Source: Nibricoccus sp.
GTDB lineage: Bacteria; Verrucomicrobiota; Verrucomicrobiia; Opitutales; Opitutaceae
Reading direction: 5' to 3'
Length of the DNA: 64,000 bases
Assembly: GCA_047602425.1 (NCBI GenBank)
Contig: JASGHG010000001.1
Coordinates: 64,001 to 128,000, forward strand
In this document: one piece after another, positions 1 through 8,142 of the stretch
Numbering within the stretch: the stretch's first letter is position 1
Layout of the letters: each line of letters starts with the position of its first letter
Notes under the pieces: generated by a model
The model's database searches: none
What the model saw: only the letters and a program-made list of their open reading frames with translations
Told to the model about the DNA's origin: nothing
Translations under genes and position numbers: made by a program

Positions 1-174
1 TGCACGGTTCGCGCGGGCGAGGTCGATGACCTTCAAGCTGTCGGGACCACGGTTGACGAGATCGCCGAGGAGAATGAGCTGGTCGTCCTTCGTCAGCGCG
101 AGACGTTCGAGCAATTCGGCAAATTCGAGATGGCAGCCATGGATGTCGCCGATGGCGATGATACGTCCGTTCAT
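1..174 (-). CDS. Metallophosphoesterase, PPP/ApaH family (5' part; runs off window start)
   Basis: Manual translation from ATG at 174: MNGRIIAIGDIHGCHLEF...LLGDLVNRGPDS, with GDxHG and GDxVxRG motifs. Not in the ORF track because it is truncated. Confidence 0.9.
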   Translation of the reverse strand, partial: MNGRIIAIGDIHGCHLEFAELLERLALTKDDQLILLGDLVNRGPDSLKVIDLARANRA

Positions 175-230
175 TTCAGCGAGCGCAAATTGGCTAGCCT
201 CAGCGCGGACGACAAGTAAACAAGTGAGGA

Positions 231-794
231 ATGGAATTGCAGCTACAACCACTCGCCTCCGCCTGCCACGTCTCCGGACAGACTTTCGTGGAGGGCAATC
301 GCGTCACCAGCGTGCTGGTGAGCCAGAAAACCGGCGAGATCCTGCGCTTCGATCTGCTCGAAACGGAAGCGGGCAAATTCACCGCCGAAGGTCCGGTGGT
401 TTGTCGTTGGGTGCAGGTTTTCAAGGCGCGTCGCTCGAACGAAAATCCCGACCGCGCGCTCAAGCTCACCGCGGAAACACTCTTCACCACACTGGCCGAT
501 CCCTCTGCCGAGCCCACGCCGGAAAACACGCGCCTCGTGCAGTTCCTCGCGCTCATGCTGGAGCGCAAACGCGTGCTCAAACCCAAGGGCCGCACGGCCG
601 ATGGCGCACGCAATATTTTCGAACACACCAAAACCAAGCAGCTTTTCGAGGTGCCGGTCGGCGAGCTCACGCCGGAATTTTTCATCCAGGTACAAGCCCA
701 ACTCGGCCTGCTCGTCGGCGAACCGAAGGCCCCCGCAGTTCCGGGAGCGTCGGTCCCCTCGCCTGCCCCAGTGACGCCGCCGGCAGAGGGCTGA
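231..794 (+). CDS. Hypothetical protein (187 aa)
   Basis: ATG ORF with GAGGA just upstream, globular-looking sequence and Pro/Ala-rich tail; no recognised family. Confidence 0.75.
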   Translation: MELQLQPLASACHVSGQTFVEGNRVTSVLVSQKTGEILRFDLLETEAGKFTAEGPVVCRWVQVFKARRSNENPDRALKLTAETLFTTLADPSAEPTPENTRLVQFLALMLERKRVLKPKGRTADGARNIFEHTKTKQLFEVPVGELTPEFFIQVQAQLGLLVGEPKAPAVPGASVPSPAPVTPPAEG

Positions 795-827
795 GATTAT
801 AGAGGAAAACGCCGGGTTCGACGGCGC

Positions 828-1487
828 TCAACGATACCAGTCAACCTTCTGCACCGTGCCGCCCTTCATCGCGCGGCCGAAAATCACGGTAAAGGTGACC
901 GTCGAATTGGGCTGCATGATCTGATGGCTGCGCAGGATCGTCTTGATATTGCCCGACGAATCGGCCTCCACAAAATCGGCGCCCTTAATGATTTCGTCGC
1001 TGCTGAAAAACACCAGCAGCCGCCAGGGACGAATATCTTGAGGCGAATCCGTGGTGTTGGTGATCGTCACGTCCACGGTGTTGCCCTTGGGCACGTACGA
1101 ATCGATCCGGAGGCCGTTGTAAAGATCCTGACTGCTCGCGGACGACGCCCGGCGCTTGGCGGTTGGCGGCGGTGCGGGCGGCTGATTTTTCCGGGCCTTC
1201 TCGCGATCGGCTTCGATTTGGGCATCGGTGCGCTTGGCCGGGCGTTTCGCTTCGAGCGCAGCGCGGTATTCGTCGGGAAATTGTTCGTAGGCGACGGTCT
1301 GAATGCCCTCGGACGCCTTCACCATCACCACACTGGCCGAAAACGATTTCGCCTGCGCCGCGTGCAAAACACGTCCGTCCTTCAACGTGACGTCCACCGG
1401 TTCATCGAACAACGGAGCCGCGAGGACCGCCGTGCCGAACAATTGCAACACAACCAAAAGCATTCCTGCAAAGTTGGTCTTTTTCAT
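828..1487 (-). CDS. Hypothetical secreted protein
   Basis: Signal-peptide-like N-terminus (MKKTNFAGMLLVVLQLFGTAVLA), small N-domain, low-complexity linker, beta-rich C-domain. Confidence 0.75.
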   Translation of the reverse strand: MKKTNFAGMLLVVLQLFGTAVLAAPLFDEPVDVTLKDGRVLHAAQAKSFSASVVMVKASEGIQTVAYEQFPDEYRAALEAKRPAKRTDAQIEADREKARKNQPPAPPPTAKRRASSASSQDLYNGLRIDSYVPKGNTVDVTITNTTDSPQDIRPWRLLVFFSSDEIIKGADFVEADSSGNIKTILRSHQIMQPNSTVTFTVIFGRAMKGGTVQKVDWYR

Positions 1488-1730
1488 GGGATAGGGCCGC
1501 AGTTTGCACCAAGTAATTTGTTTCGGCCAATCCTAAAAATCGCGGAGGGGCGAGGTGGAGACCCTAAAGGGCGGATTCCGCCTCGGCCAAATCAGTCGAC
1601 GGAACGTTCGCCCGAAATCAAGCCGACGGCAATGTCGTCCGGAGTGTTGGCGTTATCTTTGTCGAGCCATCAATTTTGCAGCGGGTCGGTTGCGATTCGC
1701 CGGAGGGCTGAATTACTTCTTCTTTTGTCC

Positions 1731-3257
1731 ATGACCCAATCTCCCTCTCCTTCTGAGGCGGAACACGAGGAATTTTCCCTCCCGCTTTTCGTCATCACAG
1801 TGCTGGCCACGCTGGCTGGCCTGTTCGCACTTCTGCGTTTATGTGCGCCGGGCGTTTGGAGCGCACAATTTCTCGCGGCTCCCTGGCAATGGGCGGTGGC
1901 TTTTATCGCGATCAGTCTGGTCAACTGTTACATCGAATTCTTTTTTCACCGTTATGTGCTCCACACGCCCGCGGTCACATTTCTACGCCGGCTTTATAAA
2001 CAGCATACGTTGCATCATGCGCTTACCCACATCGCGCGCAAACGCTCACACGACGGACGCGGGATTCTTTTTATCGAAAACAAATTTCCCATCGTCGAAC
2101 CGGAGCAGGGCGAAGCTTCGTTTTTCCCATGGTATTCGCTGACCGTGTTTGCGCTCGTGCTGACGCCACTGCTCTCCTTGCTGCAATGGCTGTTTCCCAT
2201 GTGTCCATGGTTTTTTGCAGGCTTCGCGGCGTTGGCGGTTTCGTTGAGCCTCTACGAAATCCTGCATGCGATCAATCACTGGCCTTTTGAGAAATGGGAA
2301 CCGCTCATCCTTCATCCGCGCTGGGGAAAATTCTGGCGGCCGGTTTACGGTTTTCATCTTCGCCACCACGCGGTGACCGACTGCAACGAATCGATCTCCG
2401 GCTTTTTCGGGCTGCCCCTCGCCGACTGGACGTTCGGCACCTGCGTCATTCCCCAGACCATCTACGCCGACGGCGAGGAATCCTCGCCCGAAAAATTTCG
2501 CAGCCCGAATCCGCGGCGTCTCATTCGTTGGCTCGATGCTTGGGCGCAAGGCGTGGTCCAAACACGCCGCGCCGCCGCTTCCAAGCCTGCCGACCTAACC
2601 AACGTACCCGCTCCACGCGTTTATACCCGTGGTGAAATCATCGCCGACTGGGTCACGCATGGGATCGGGCTCGCCGTGAGCATCGCGGGGCTGACCTTGC
2701 TCATCGTGTTTTCCAGCCTGCGCGGCGATGCCTGGCACGTGGTCAGTTTCACCGTATTCGGATTAACACTACTGGCGCTCTCCACCGTTTCGACGATTTA
2801 CCACGCCCATTACCAAGGGCGTTTGAAACACCTTTTCCGCAAGCTCGACAATGCCGCGGTTTTCCTCCTCGTCGCCGGCACCTACACGCCTTTCCTGCTC
2901 ACCAATCTGCGCGGCCCCTGGGGCTGGTCGCTCTTCGGTGTCATCTGGGGCCTCTGCGGAGCGGGCGCAGTGTTTCATTTGTTTTTCGGCGCGCGCTTCC
3001 GACTAACCTCAACCATCGCCTATCTCTTCGTCGGCTGGCTGATCGTCGTCGCGCTCGAACCGCTGGTGGCCAGCGTGCCGCTGGGCGGCTTGTGGCTGCT
3101 GCTCGCGGGCAGCCTCTGCTACACGGTGGGCGTGGTGTTTTTCCATTGGGAACGCCTGCGCTATCATCAGGCGGTTTGGCATGCGTTGGTGCTCGGCGGA
3201 AGCACGTGCCATCTGCTCGCCGTATTGCTTTTTCTGTTACCCGGAAAAACGGCGTGA
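1731..3257 (+). CDS. Fusion of a fatty-acid hydroxylase/sterol-desaturase-like domain and a hemolysin III (PAQR) membrane domain
   Basis: Start moved to ATG 1731 (MTQSPSP). His boxes HRYVLH, HTLHH, HAINH, HLRHH in the N-half; PAQR motifs WVTHGIG, STIYH, AGTYTPF, HQAVWH..H in the C-half. Confidence 0.85.
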   Translation: MTQSPSPSEAEHEEFSLPLFVITVLATLAGLFALLRLCAPGVWSAQFLAAPWQWAVAFIAISLVNCYIEFFFHRYVLHTPAVTFLRRLYKQHTLHHALTHIARKRSHDGRGILFIENKFPIVEPEQGEASFFPWYSLTVFALVLTPLLSLLQWLFPMCPWFFAGFAALAVSLSLYEILHAINHWPFEKWEPLILHPRWGKFWRPVYGFHLRHHAVTDCNESISGFFGLPLADWTFGTCVIPQTIYADGEESSPEKFRSPNPRRLIRWLDAWAQGVVQTRRAAASKPADLTNVPAPRVYTRGEIIADWVTHGIGLAVSIAGLTLLIVFSSLRGDAWHVVSFTVFGLTLLALSTVSTIYHAHYQGRLKHLFRKLDNAAVFLLVAGTYTPFLLTNLRGPWGWSLFGVIWGLCGAGAVFHLFFGARFRLTSTIAYLFVGWLIVVALEPLVASVPLGGLWLLLAGSLCYTVGVVFFHWERLRYHQAVWHALVLGGSTCHLLAVLLFLLPGKTA

Positions 3258-3271
3258 TAATTTTGCGAAAA

Positions 3272-3304
3272 CGGACGCGCTCCGCGGTTCGGGAGTTGCG
3301 TCCG
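3272..3304 (+). terminator. Stem-loop downstream of the PAQR fusion gene
   Basis: CGGACGC..CTCC / GGAG..GCGTCCG inverted repeat; a T-rich tract follows only after a short gap. Confidence 0.35.
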
Positions 3305-3639
3305 GCCAAATGTTGTTTTTAGTAAACGTGTTCAAGTGACACGTCAGTTTGTCCGATCAGTAGGGTGTTCTTACGCACGGTTGAGTTTTGATCGTGGTTT
3401 GAGTCCGACAGCGAGACAGTGAAATTGCAGAGCAGAGAAGCGATTCAGGTTCGTTGTAAGTGATCGAGAAAACGCAGTTCGCAGGACCGACAGCCAACTG
3501 TCGGCGATAGACGTTTGTTCATCCGAGTTCGCGCCCGTTCGCAGAAGATCGCGCCGAAGCTCACGCCGTGCCCTGTACGCAGACAGATGATCCGAGCAGT
3601 TCAAACGAATCCATCCCACCCATATCAGGAGACATTCCC

Positions 3640-4080
3640 ATGAAACTCTCATCTCTTTTAGCTCAACGCCAGGCACTGCTAAAAAAAGCGCGCCTGGCCA
3701 ATCTCGCTTTTGCCTTTGAAAGGCTGAGCGACTTCACCCAGCGCATCGCCCGCGCGCAGCTCACCGGCAAAGTCCGGCTGCAAACCGCGTCGCTCGATGC
3801 CCAGCGTTACTGGCCGGCCCTCACCGCGCTCGAAGGCAACCAGTCCGTCATCGAGGAACATTTCAACGAGGAAGACCTCCTCTATTTCGCCGACGTACTT
3901 ACGTATGTCTCCAGCGAAAACCAGCTGGACCTCGTCTTTCGACTGGAGGAACTCGAGGCCCGTTTTCTCGCGCCCCTGCGCAAAGATCTCGCCGAGGCCG
4001 GCATCATGATCGATCTCGAACAGTCCAACGGGCATCACGAAAACTCGGTCGATTGTTCCCAAACCGAAGAAAGTAGCTAA
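3640..4080 (+). CDS. Hypothetical protein (146 aa)
   Basis: ATG at 3640 preceded by AGGAGA; helical acidic protein MKLSSLLAQRQALL... Confidence 0.75.
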   Translation: MKLSSLLAQRQALLKKARLANLAFAFERLSDFTQRIARAQLTGKVRLQTASLDAQRYWPALTALEGNQSVIEEHFNEEDLLYFADVLTYVSSENQLDLVFRLEELEARFLAPLRKDLAEAGIMIDLEQSNGHHENSVDCSQTEESS

Positions 4081-4094
4081 ATCCACCGCCAGCT

Positions 4095-4316
4095 TCAGGT
4101 CATGCGCTGCAACTTTGCACCCTTGTTGCCGTCGTCACAGGTCAGCGCAAAATCGCCATGAATCCCGTCCGGCATGACATGTGACTGCAGCAGCGCGGCC
4201 GGGAATTGCACGGTCAGTCCATCGACGCAGCGCACCACGATGTTTTTGGCGGTACCACGATAGTAGGCCAGGTATTTTTCCGGCGGAATGCTGAGGTGGA
4301 ACTCGTAGCGTTTCAT
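4095..4316 (-). CDS. DUF2835-like small protein
   Basis: MKRYEFHLSIPPEKYLAYYRGTAKNIVVRCVDGLTVQFPA...GIHGDF matches the DUF2835 pattern; start at ATG 4316 avoids overlap with the tRNA. Confidence 0.75.
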   Translation of the reverse strand: MKRYEFHLSIPPEKYLAYYRGTAKNIVVRCVDGLTVQFPAALLQSHVMPDGIHGDFALTCDDGNKGAKLQRMT

Positions 4317-4350
4317 GCCCGTGGCGGGAACCCAAAACCTCTCGCTTTTT

Positions 4351-4425
4351 TGGTGCGGGCAGAGGGAATCGAACCCTCCTCTCATGCTTGGGAAGCACGC
4401 ATAATAGCCGATATACTATGCCCGC
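4351..4425 (-). tRNA. tRNA-Gly (anticodon CCC)
   Basis: Reverse complement GCGGGCATAGTATATCGGCTATTATGCGTGCTTCCCAAGCATGAGAGGAGGGTTCGATTCCCTCTGCCCGCACCA: acceptor stem, TTCGA T-loop, CCC anticodon, encoded CCA. Confidence 0.97.
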
Positions 4426-4501
4426 GAGAGGTTGCGCCGATCAAAGCCAACCACGACGCACCCGCAATCCTGAAATTACAGTTTAAAGCGGCGCCGACGC
4501 C

Positions 4502-5098
4502 TCAGCGATATTCGCGGCGGCCATCGAGCGCGCTTTTCAGCGTGATGGAGTCCGCATAGAGCACGCCACCGCCGCTGGGCAGTCCGAAGCCGATGCGCGA
4601 AAACTTCACACCGCGCTCCGCCGGGACGTGTTGCGTGAGATAGTGGCAGGTCGCTTCGCCTTCCACATCGTTGGAAAGCGCGAGAATGAGTTCCTTCACC
4701 TCGCCCGACTCGATGCGCGCCAGGAGCGAGGGCAGGTTGAGATCGTTTGGCCCTACGCCCTGGATCGGCGAAAGCTTGCCATGCAGCACGTGGTAGACGC
4801 CGCGATAGGCACCGGAACGTTCCAGCGCCACCAGGTCGGGCACGTGCTCGACGACGCAGACGACAGCCTGATCGCGGCGTTCGTCGGCGCAGAGCGCACA
4901 GCGGTCGCCTTCCGCGATGTTGCCACAACGCTCGCAGCGGCGCACGGATTTCGCCGCTTCGTTCAAGGCTTCGACAAGAGCCGGCAACTTAGCCGGCTTT
5001 TCGACCAGCAGGTGCAGCGCGATACGTTCCGCGGAGCGATAACCCAGCCCCGGAAGTTGTTTCAATTGCTTCTGGAGCTTTTCAAACGCGGGAGTCAT
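4502..5098 (-). CDS. recR: Recombination mediator RecR
   Basis: LPGLGYRSAERIA HhH, C4 zinc finger (CERC..CALC), TOPRIM region (VEGEATCHYL, SRIGFGLPSGG). Confidence 0.97.
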   Translation of the reverse strand: MTPAFEKLQKQLKQLPGLGYRSAERIALHLLVEKPAKLPALVEALNEAAKSVRRCERCGNIAEGDRCALCADERRDQAVVCVVEHVPDLVALERSGAYRGVYHVLHGKLSPIQGVGPNDLNLPSLLARIESGEVKELILALSNDVEGEATCHYLTQHVPAERGVKFSRIGFGLPSGGGVLYADSITLKSALDGRREYR

Positions 5099-5102
5099 CG
5101 GA

Positions 5103-5204
5103 AAATGGAGAACGTGGAATGCAGAACAAAGAAAGGAGAACTCAAGGCAGCCTGCCGAAGAACCTACTCCTCATTAACACTTCTGCATTTTTAATTCTTC
5201 ATTT
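5103..5204. repeat. Inverted pair of degenerate heptamer arrays between recR and ybaB
   Basis: aaatgga gaacgtg gaatgca gaacaaa gaaagga ... ctcctca ttaacac ttctgca tttttaa ttcttca; 7-nt period, second array complementary to the first. Confidence 0.6.
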
Positions 5205-5206
5205 GC

Positions 5207-5515
5207 TCACATGAGCCCTGGCATCTGGAAAGCGGAGGTGACCTTCTGCATTTCTGCTTCGTTCTGCTCCTTGGACTGCTTGGCAGCGTCCTGGATGGCG
5301 GAGAGAATCGTGTCGGAAACGATCTTGGCGTCTTCCTTGAGAAATTCGGGATCGAGCGTGAGCGCGAGGAATTTGCCTGAACCGTTGATCTTCACTTTCA
5401 CCGCGCCGCCACCGCTCGTGACTTCGAGCTCTTTGGCTTCGAGTTGAGTTTGGAGCGTCTCGATTTGACGCTGCATTTTCTGGGCTTGTTTAAGGAGTTT
5501 ACCGACGCCGGCCAT
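5207..5515 (-). CDS. ybaB: YbaB/EbfC nucleoid-associated protein
   Basis: MAGVGKLLKQAQKMQ...SGGGAVKVKINGSG...; directly upstream of recR; start set at ATG 5515. Confidence 0.93.
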   Translation of the reverse strand: MAGVGKLLKQAQKMQRQIETLQTQLEAKELEVTSGGGAVKVKINGSGKFLALTLDPEFLKEDAKIVSDTILSAIQDAAKQSKEQNEAEMQKVTSAFQMPGLM

Positions 5516-5845
5516 GGGATTTGAAGTTGAGGTTTGAGTTAAAAGTTGAAGGAACGTGTCTCGCGCCATCCGAGGCGCAATTCCCAACATGGTGCGTTGT
5601 GGGCGGAAGAAGCAAACCGATTTCATCGACGGGCACGGAGCCCTTTTTGCAGGCATTTCAATCCCCTCGACTTGCCGGGCCTTTCGGAATATTGCTTCCG
5701 GCGTTGAGATAAAAAACAAGCCGGAGATCAGGCCACGTCGACAAGCGCGGATCTCCCCCGTCTCAGTTCATGCAGGTGCAAAACGGTATTCCAGCTCACG
5801 AAGCACTCGCCGTAGCGTGCTAAAACCCGGTCAACCCGACTAGCC

Positions 5846-6364
5846 ATGAAAACCAAAGCCATCGCATTCAGGTATTGGATTGCGGGAGCGTTCATCGCTC
5901 TCTTTTGGACTCAAATCATTGTTTCGGCACAAGCTGGTTCCCCACCCGCCCCGATCGCGGCAGAAGAAAAGGCGATCCGTGCGATTTTCGACGAATACGC
6001 CCGCGCCTTGAAAGCGGGCGACTCGAAGGCCTGGCTCGCGTTGTGGGACGAAAATGGCAGGCAATTATTCCCCGGCCAACCCATGCATATCGGCAAAGCG
6101 GGGATCGCGTCGGCGAATGCGCCGGTCATCGACGATTTCAAGGCGGGCAGATTCGAAATGGAAATCGAGACCCAGGAAGTGACGGTCTTTTCTGAAGGAT
6201 TTGCCTTCGCTTCGGGTGTTTACCACTGGGAATGGACGCACAAGGAGCCGGAGAAAAAAACCGACCGCTACGACGGCAAGTTTCTAACCATCTTCAAGCG
6301 CCAAGCGGACGGAACGTGGAAAATTTTCCGCGACGCTTTTAACTCAAACGTGCCAAACGCCTGA
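5846..6364 (+). CDS. Secreted NTF2-like (SnoaL/DUF4440) protein
   Basis: Signal peptide, then EKAIRAIFDEYARAL...GKFLTIFKRQADGTWKIFRD, typical of YybH/DUF4440. Confidence 0.85.
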   Translation: MKTKAIAFRYWIAGAFIALFWTQIIVSAQAGSPPAPIAAEEKAIRAIFDEYARALKAGDSKAWLALWDENGRQLFPGQPMHIGKAGIASANAPVIDDFKAGRFEMEIETQEVTVFSEGFAFASGVYHWEWTHKEPEKKTDRYDGKFLTIFKRQADGTWKIFRDAFNSNVPNA

Positions 6365-6378
6365 GCGCGGAACGGCTG

Positions 6379-7284
6379 CTATTCCAGCATCGCCGCGTAT
6401 CCTGCCCGAAAATCGCCGTAGCGCGGATTCCAGCCGAGCATGGCTTTGATTTTGTCGTTCGCGATGACGCGATCCGGCGTCACCGCGCGGCGACCCGCCG
6501 TCGGTTCGCCCGTGAAACGCGGCGCAGAGCAATCGATTTTCTGCGCAAGCCAGGCCACCAGATCGGCCTTGGACACAGCGCCGTCGTCGGCGACGTTGAA
6601 AGTTTCGTTCGCGATTTTTTCCGGCGCCGCAAAGGCCGCCAAAATCGCCGTCACAATGTCATCGCGATGGATCAGATTTAATCGGTGCTCCCCTCGCCCT
6701 CCGATCTTGGTTTCGCCCGCTCGCAGCTGATCGAGCAAGTGATGGCGCCGCGGACCGTAAATGCCCGCCAGGCGCAAAATAAACCAACGCGCGCACGCGG
6801 CGGCCGGCGCCGCACGCAAAAGATTTTCCGCCTCAAATAAAATCGCGGGCGTGCCAACGGCCTCGGCGATTGGTGCGGTTTCGTCGACGCGCGCGCCACC
6901 ACTTTGCGGATACACCGACGTGCTGCTCGTATAAATCATCGTGCCCATCGGACCGCGTTTTGCCGCCCACGTAAGAATCGAGCGCATGCCTTCGACGTAG
7001 CTTTGTCGATAGCCTTCGATTCCGCCACCGCCCGAGCTCACGCAATTGAGCACAAAGTCCGCCCGGGTCTTGAGTTTGCTGTGCCACGATTCGGAGGCGA
7101 GATCGTCGATGACCACATCGCAACCCTCGGCCGCGAGCGAAGCGACTTTTGCGGGATTTCGCGTAAGGGCGGTGACCCTTGCACCGAGCGCGCCGGCCGC
7201 CGCCGCGACTGCGCCGCCAACATATCCCGCGCCAAAAACGACGAGAGATTTTCCTTTGAAAAAATCTGATGCAAGTGCGGTCAT
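6379..7284 (-). CDS. NAD-dependent epimerase/dehydratase (atypical SDR)
   Basis: GAGYVG Rossmann motif, YTSSTSVY, LRLAGIYGP, IHRDDI; start set at ATG 7284 so it does not overlap the DJ-1 gene. Confidence 0.88.
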   Translation of the reverse strand: MTALASDFFKGKSLVVFGAGYVGGAVAAAAGALGARVTALTRNPAKVASLAAEGCDVVIDDLASESWHSKLKTRADFVLNCVSSGGGGIEGYRQSYVEGMRSILTWAAKRGPMGTMIYTSSTSVYPQSGGARVDETAPIAEAVGTPAILFEAENLLRAAPAAACARWFILRLAGIYGPRRHHLLDQLRAGETKIGGRGEHRLNLIHRDDIVTAILAAFAAPEKIANETFNVADDGAVSKADLVAWLAQKIDCSAPRFTGEPTAGRRAVTPDRVIANDKIKAMLGWNPRYGDFRAGYAAMLE

Positions 7285-7290
7285 TTTGGG

Positions 7291-7297
7291 TAACGTA
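7291..7297. promoter_or_regulatory. Candidate bidirectional -10 element for two leaderless transcripts
   Basis: TAACGT (+, 7291-7296) is 6 nt before ATG 7303; TACGTT (-, 7297-7292) is 7 nt before ATG 7284. Confidence 0.45.
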
Positions 7298-7302
7298 ACA
7301 AC

Positions 7303-7842
7303 ATGCCCACGGTTCTCTTTATTTTGCCAGAGGGTTTTGAAGAAATCGAAGCCATCACTCCCATCGATCTGCTCCGCCGCGCAGGTGCCGAAGTCACCCT
7401 CGCCGCCCTTGGCACCAGCCCACACGTCACCGGACGTTGCAACATCACCATGCACGCGGACACGACCCTCAGCGAAGCTGGGAGCAAAACCTACGACCTG
7501 CTGGCGTTGCCCGGCGGACCCGGCGTGCTGAATCTCCGTGGCGACATGCGCGTTCGTGAGCTCGTCCAACAACAAGCCGCCGCGGGCCGCTGGGTCGCCG
7601 CGATCTGTGCGGCTCCCACCGTCCTCCATGACGCGGGTCTGCTCGAAGGCCGTCGCTATACCGCACATTCTTCCGTCGCCAAACAACTTCCCTCCCTCCT
7701 CGCCAACGAACGCGTGGTGGTTGACGGCAAAATCATCACGTCGCGCGGCGCCGGCACAGCCCTCGATTTCGGCTTCGTCTTGGTCGAAAAACTTTTTTCC
7801 GCCGAAAAAGCCCGCGAAATTTCCGCCGCCATCTGCGCCTGA
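7303..7842 (+). CDS. DJ-1/PfpI family (YajL/ThiJ-like) glyoxalase/deglycase
   Basis: GFEEIEA, LPGGPG, AAICAAP catalytic Cys motif, ITSRGAGTA. Confidence 0.92.
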   Translation: MPTVLFILPEGFEEIEAITPIDLLRRAGAEVTLAALGTSPHVTGRCNITMHADTTLSEAGSKTYDLLALPGGPGVLNLRGDMRVRELVQQQAAAGRWVAAICAAPTVLHDAGLLEGRRYTAHSSVAKQLPSLLANERVVVDGKIITSRGAGTALDFGFVLVEKLFSAEKAREISAAICA

Positions 7843-7885
7843 GATAAAAAAACCCATCGGCCGTTCCGCCGCCCGCAACCCAACC

Positions 7886-7910
7886 GTTTGTCATCTAATA
7901 AATGACAAAC
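7886..7910. repeat. GTCAT-N7-ATGAC palindrome, copy 1
   Basis: GTTTGTCAT-CTAATAA-ATGACAAAC, perfect 9-bp arms; same core and spacing as the copies at 19536 and 19612. Confidence 0.75.
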
Positions 7911-8142
7911 TTCCGCATCCAAAACGCTTTTGTCGGACCGTCGGGATGATTCGGCTGCGCTAAAACACGGTGGGGTTGCTGTTTATTGGATAGCAAAACC
8001 TGTCCCTAGAGCTAAATTGCATGACTAGCGGCTGCGTCCGCTAATCCCATCGCGTTTACAGCATCCTTACGACAATGAATGGCACCAGGGGGGCGTTCGC
8101 CGGTCTACCTGCGCGACCCAATCGTCCATCTCGCATGCCTCC

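Noticed and set aside
26..802. 258-aa plus-strand ORF
   Set aside because: Arg-rich shadow frame overlapping the phosphoesterase (minus) and the better 231..794 ORF.
924..1730. N-terminal extension of the 777-aa ORF
   Set aside because: Antisense to the 828..1487 gene and not protein-like; the plausible start is ATG 1731.
4351..4425. tRNA-Gly as an integration site for an island
   Set aside because: No integrase seen and no duplicated tRNA 3' end noticed in the window.
5516..5845. Possible SRP RNA or dnaX remnant upstream of ybaB-recR
   Set aside because: No CAGG..GGAA..AGCAG domain IV motif and no dnaX-like frame found.
7285..7878. N-terminal 197 aa of the 499-aa minus ORF
   Set aside because: Antisense shadow of the DJ-1 gene; the Rossmann motif begins just after Met 7284.
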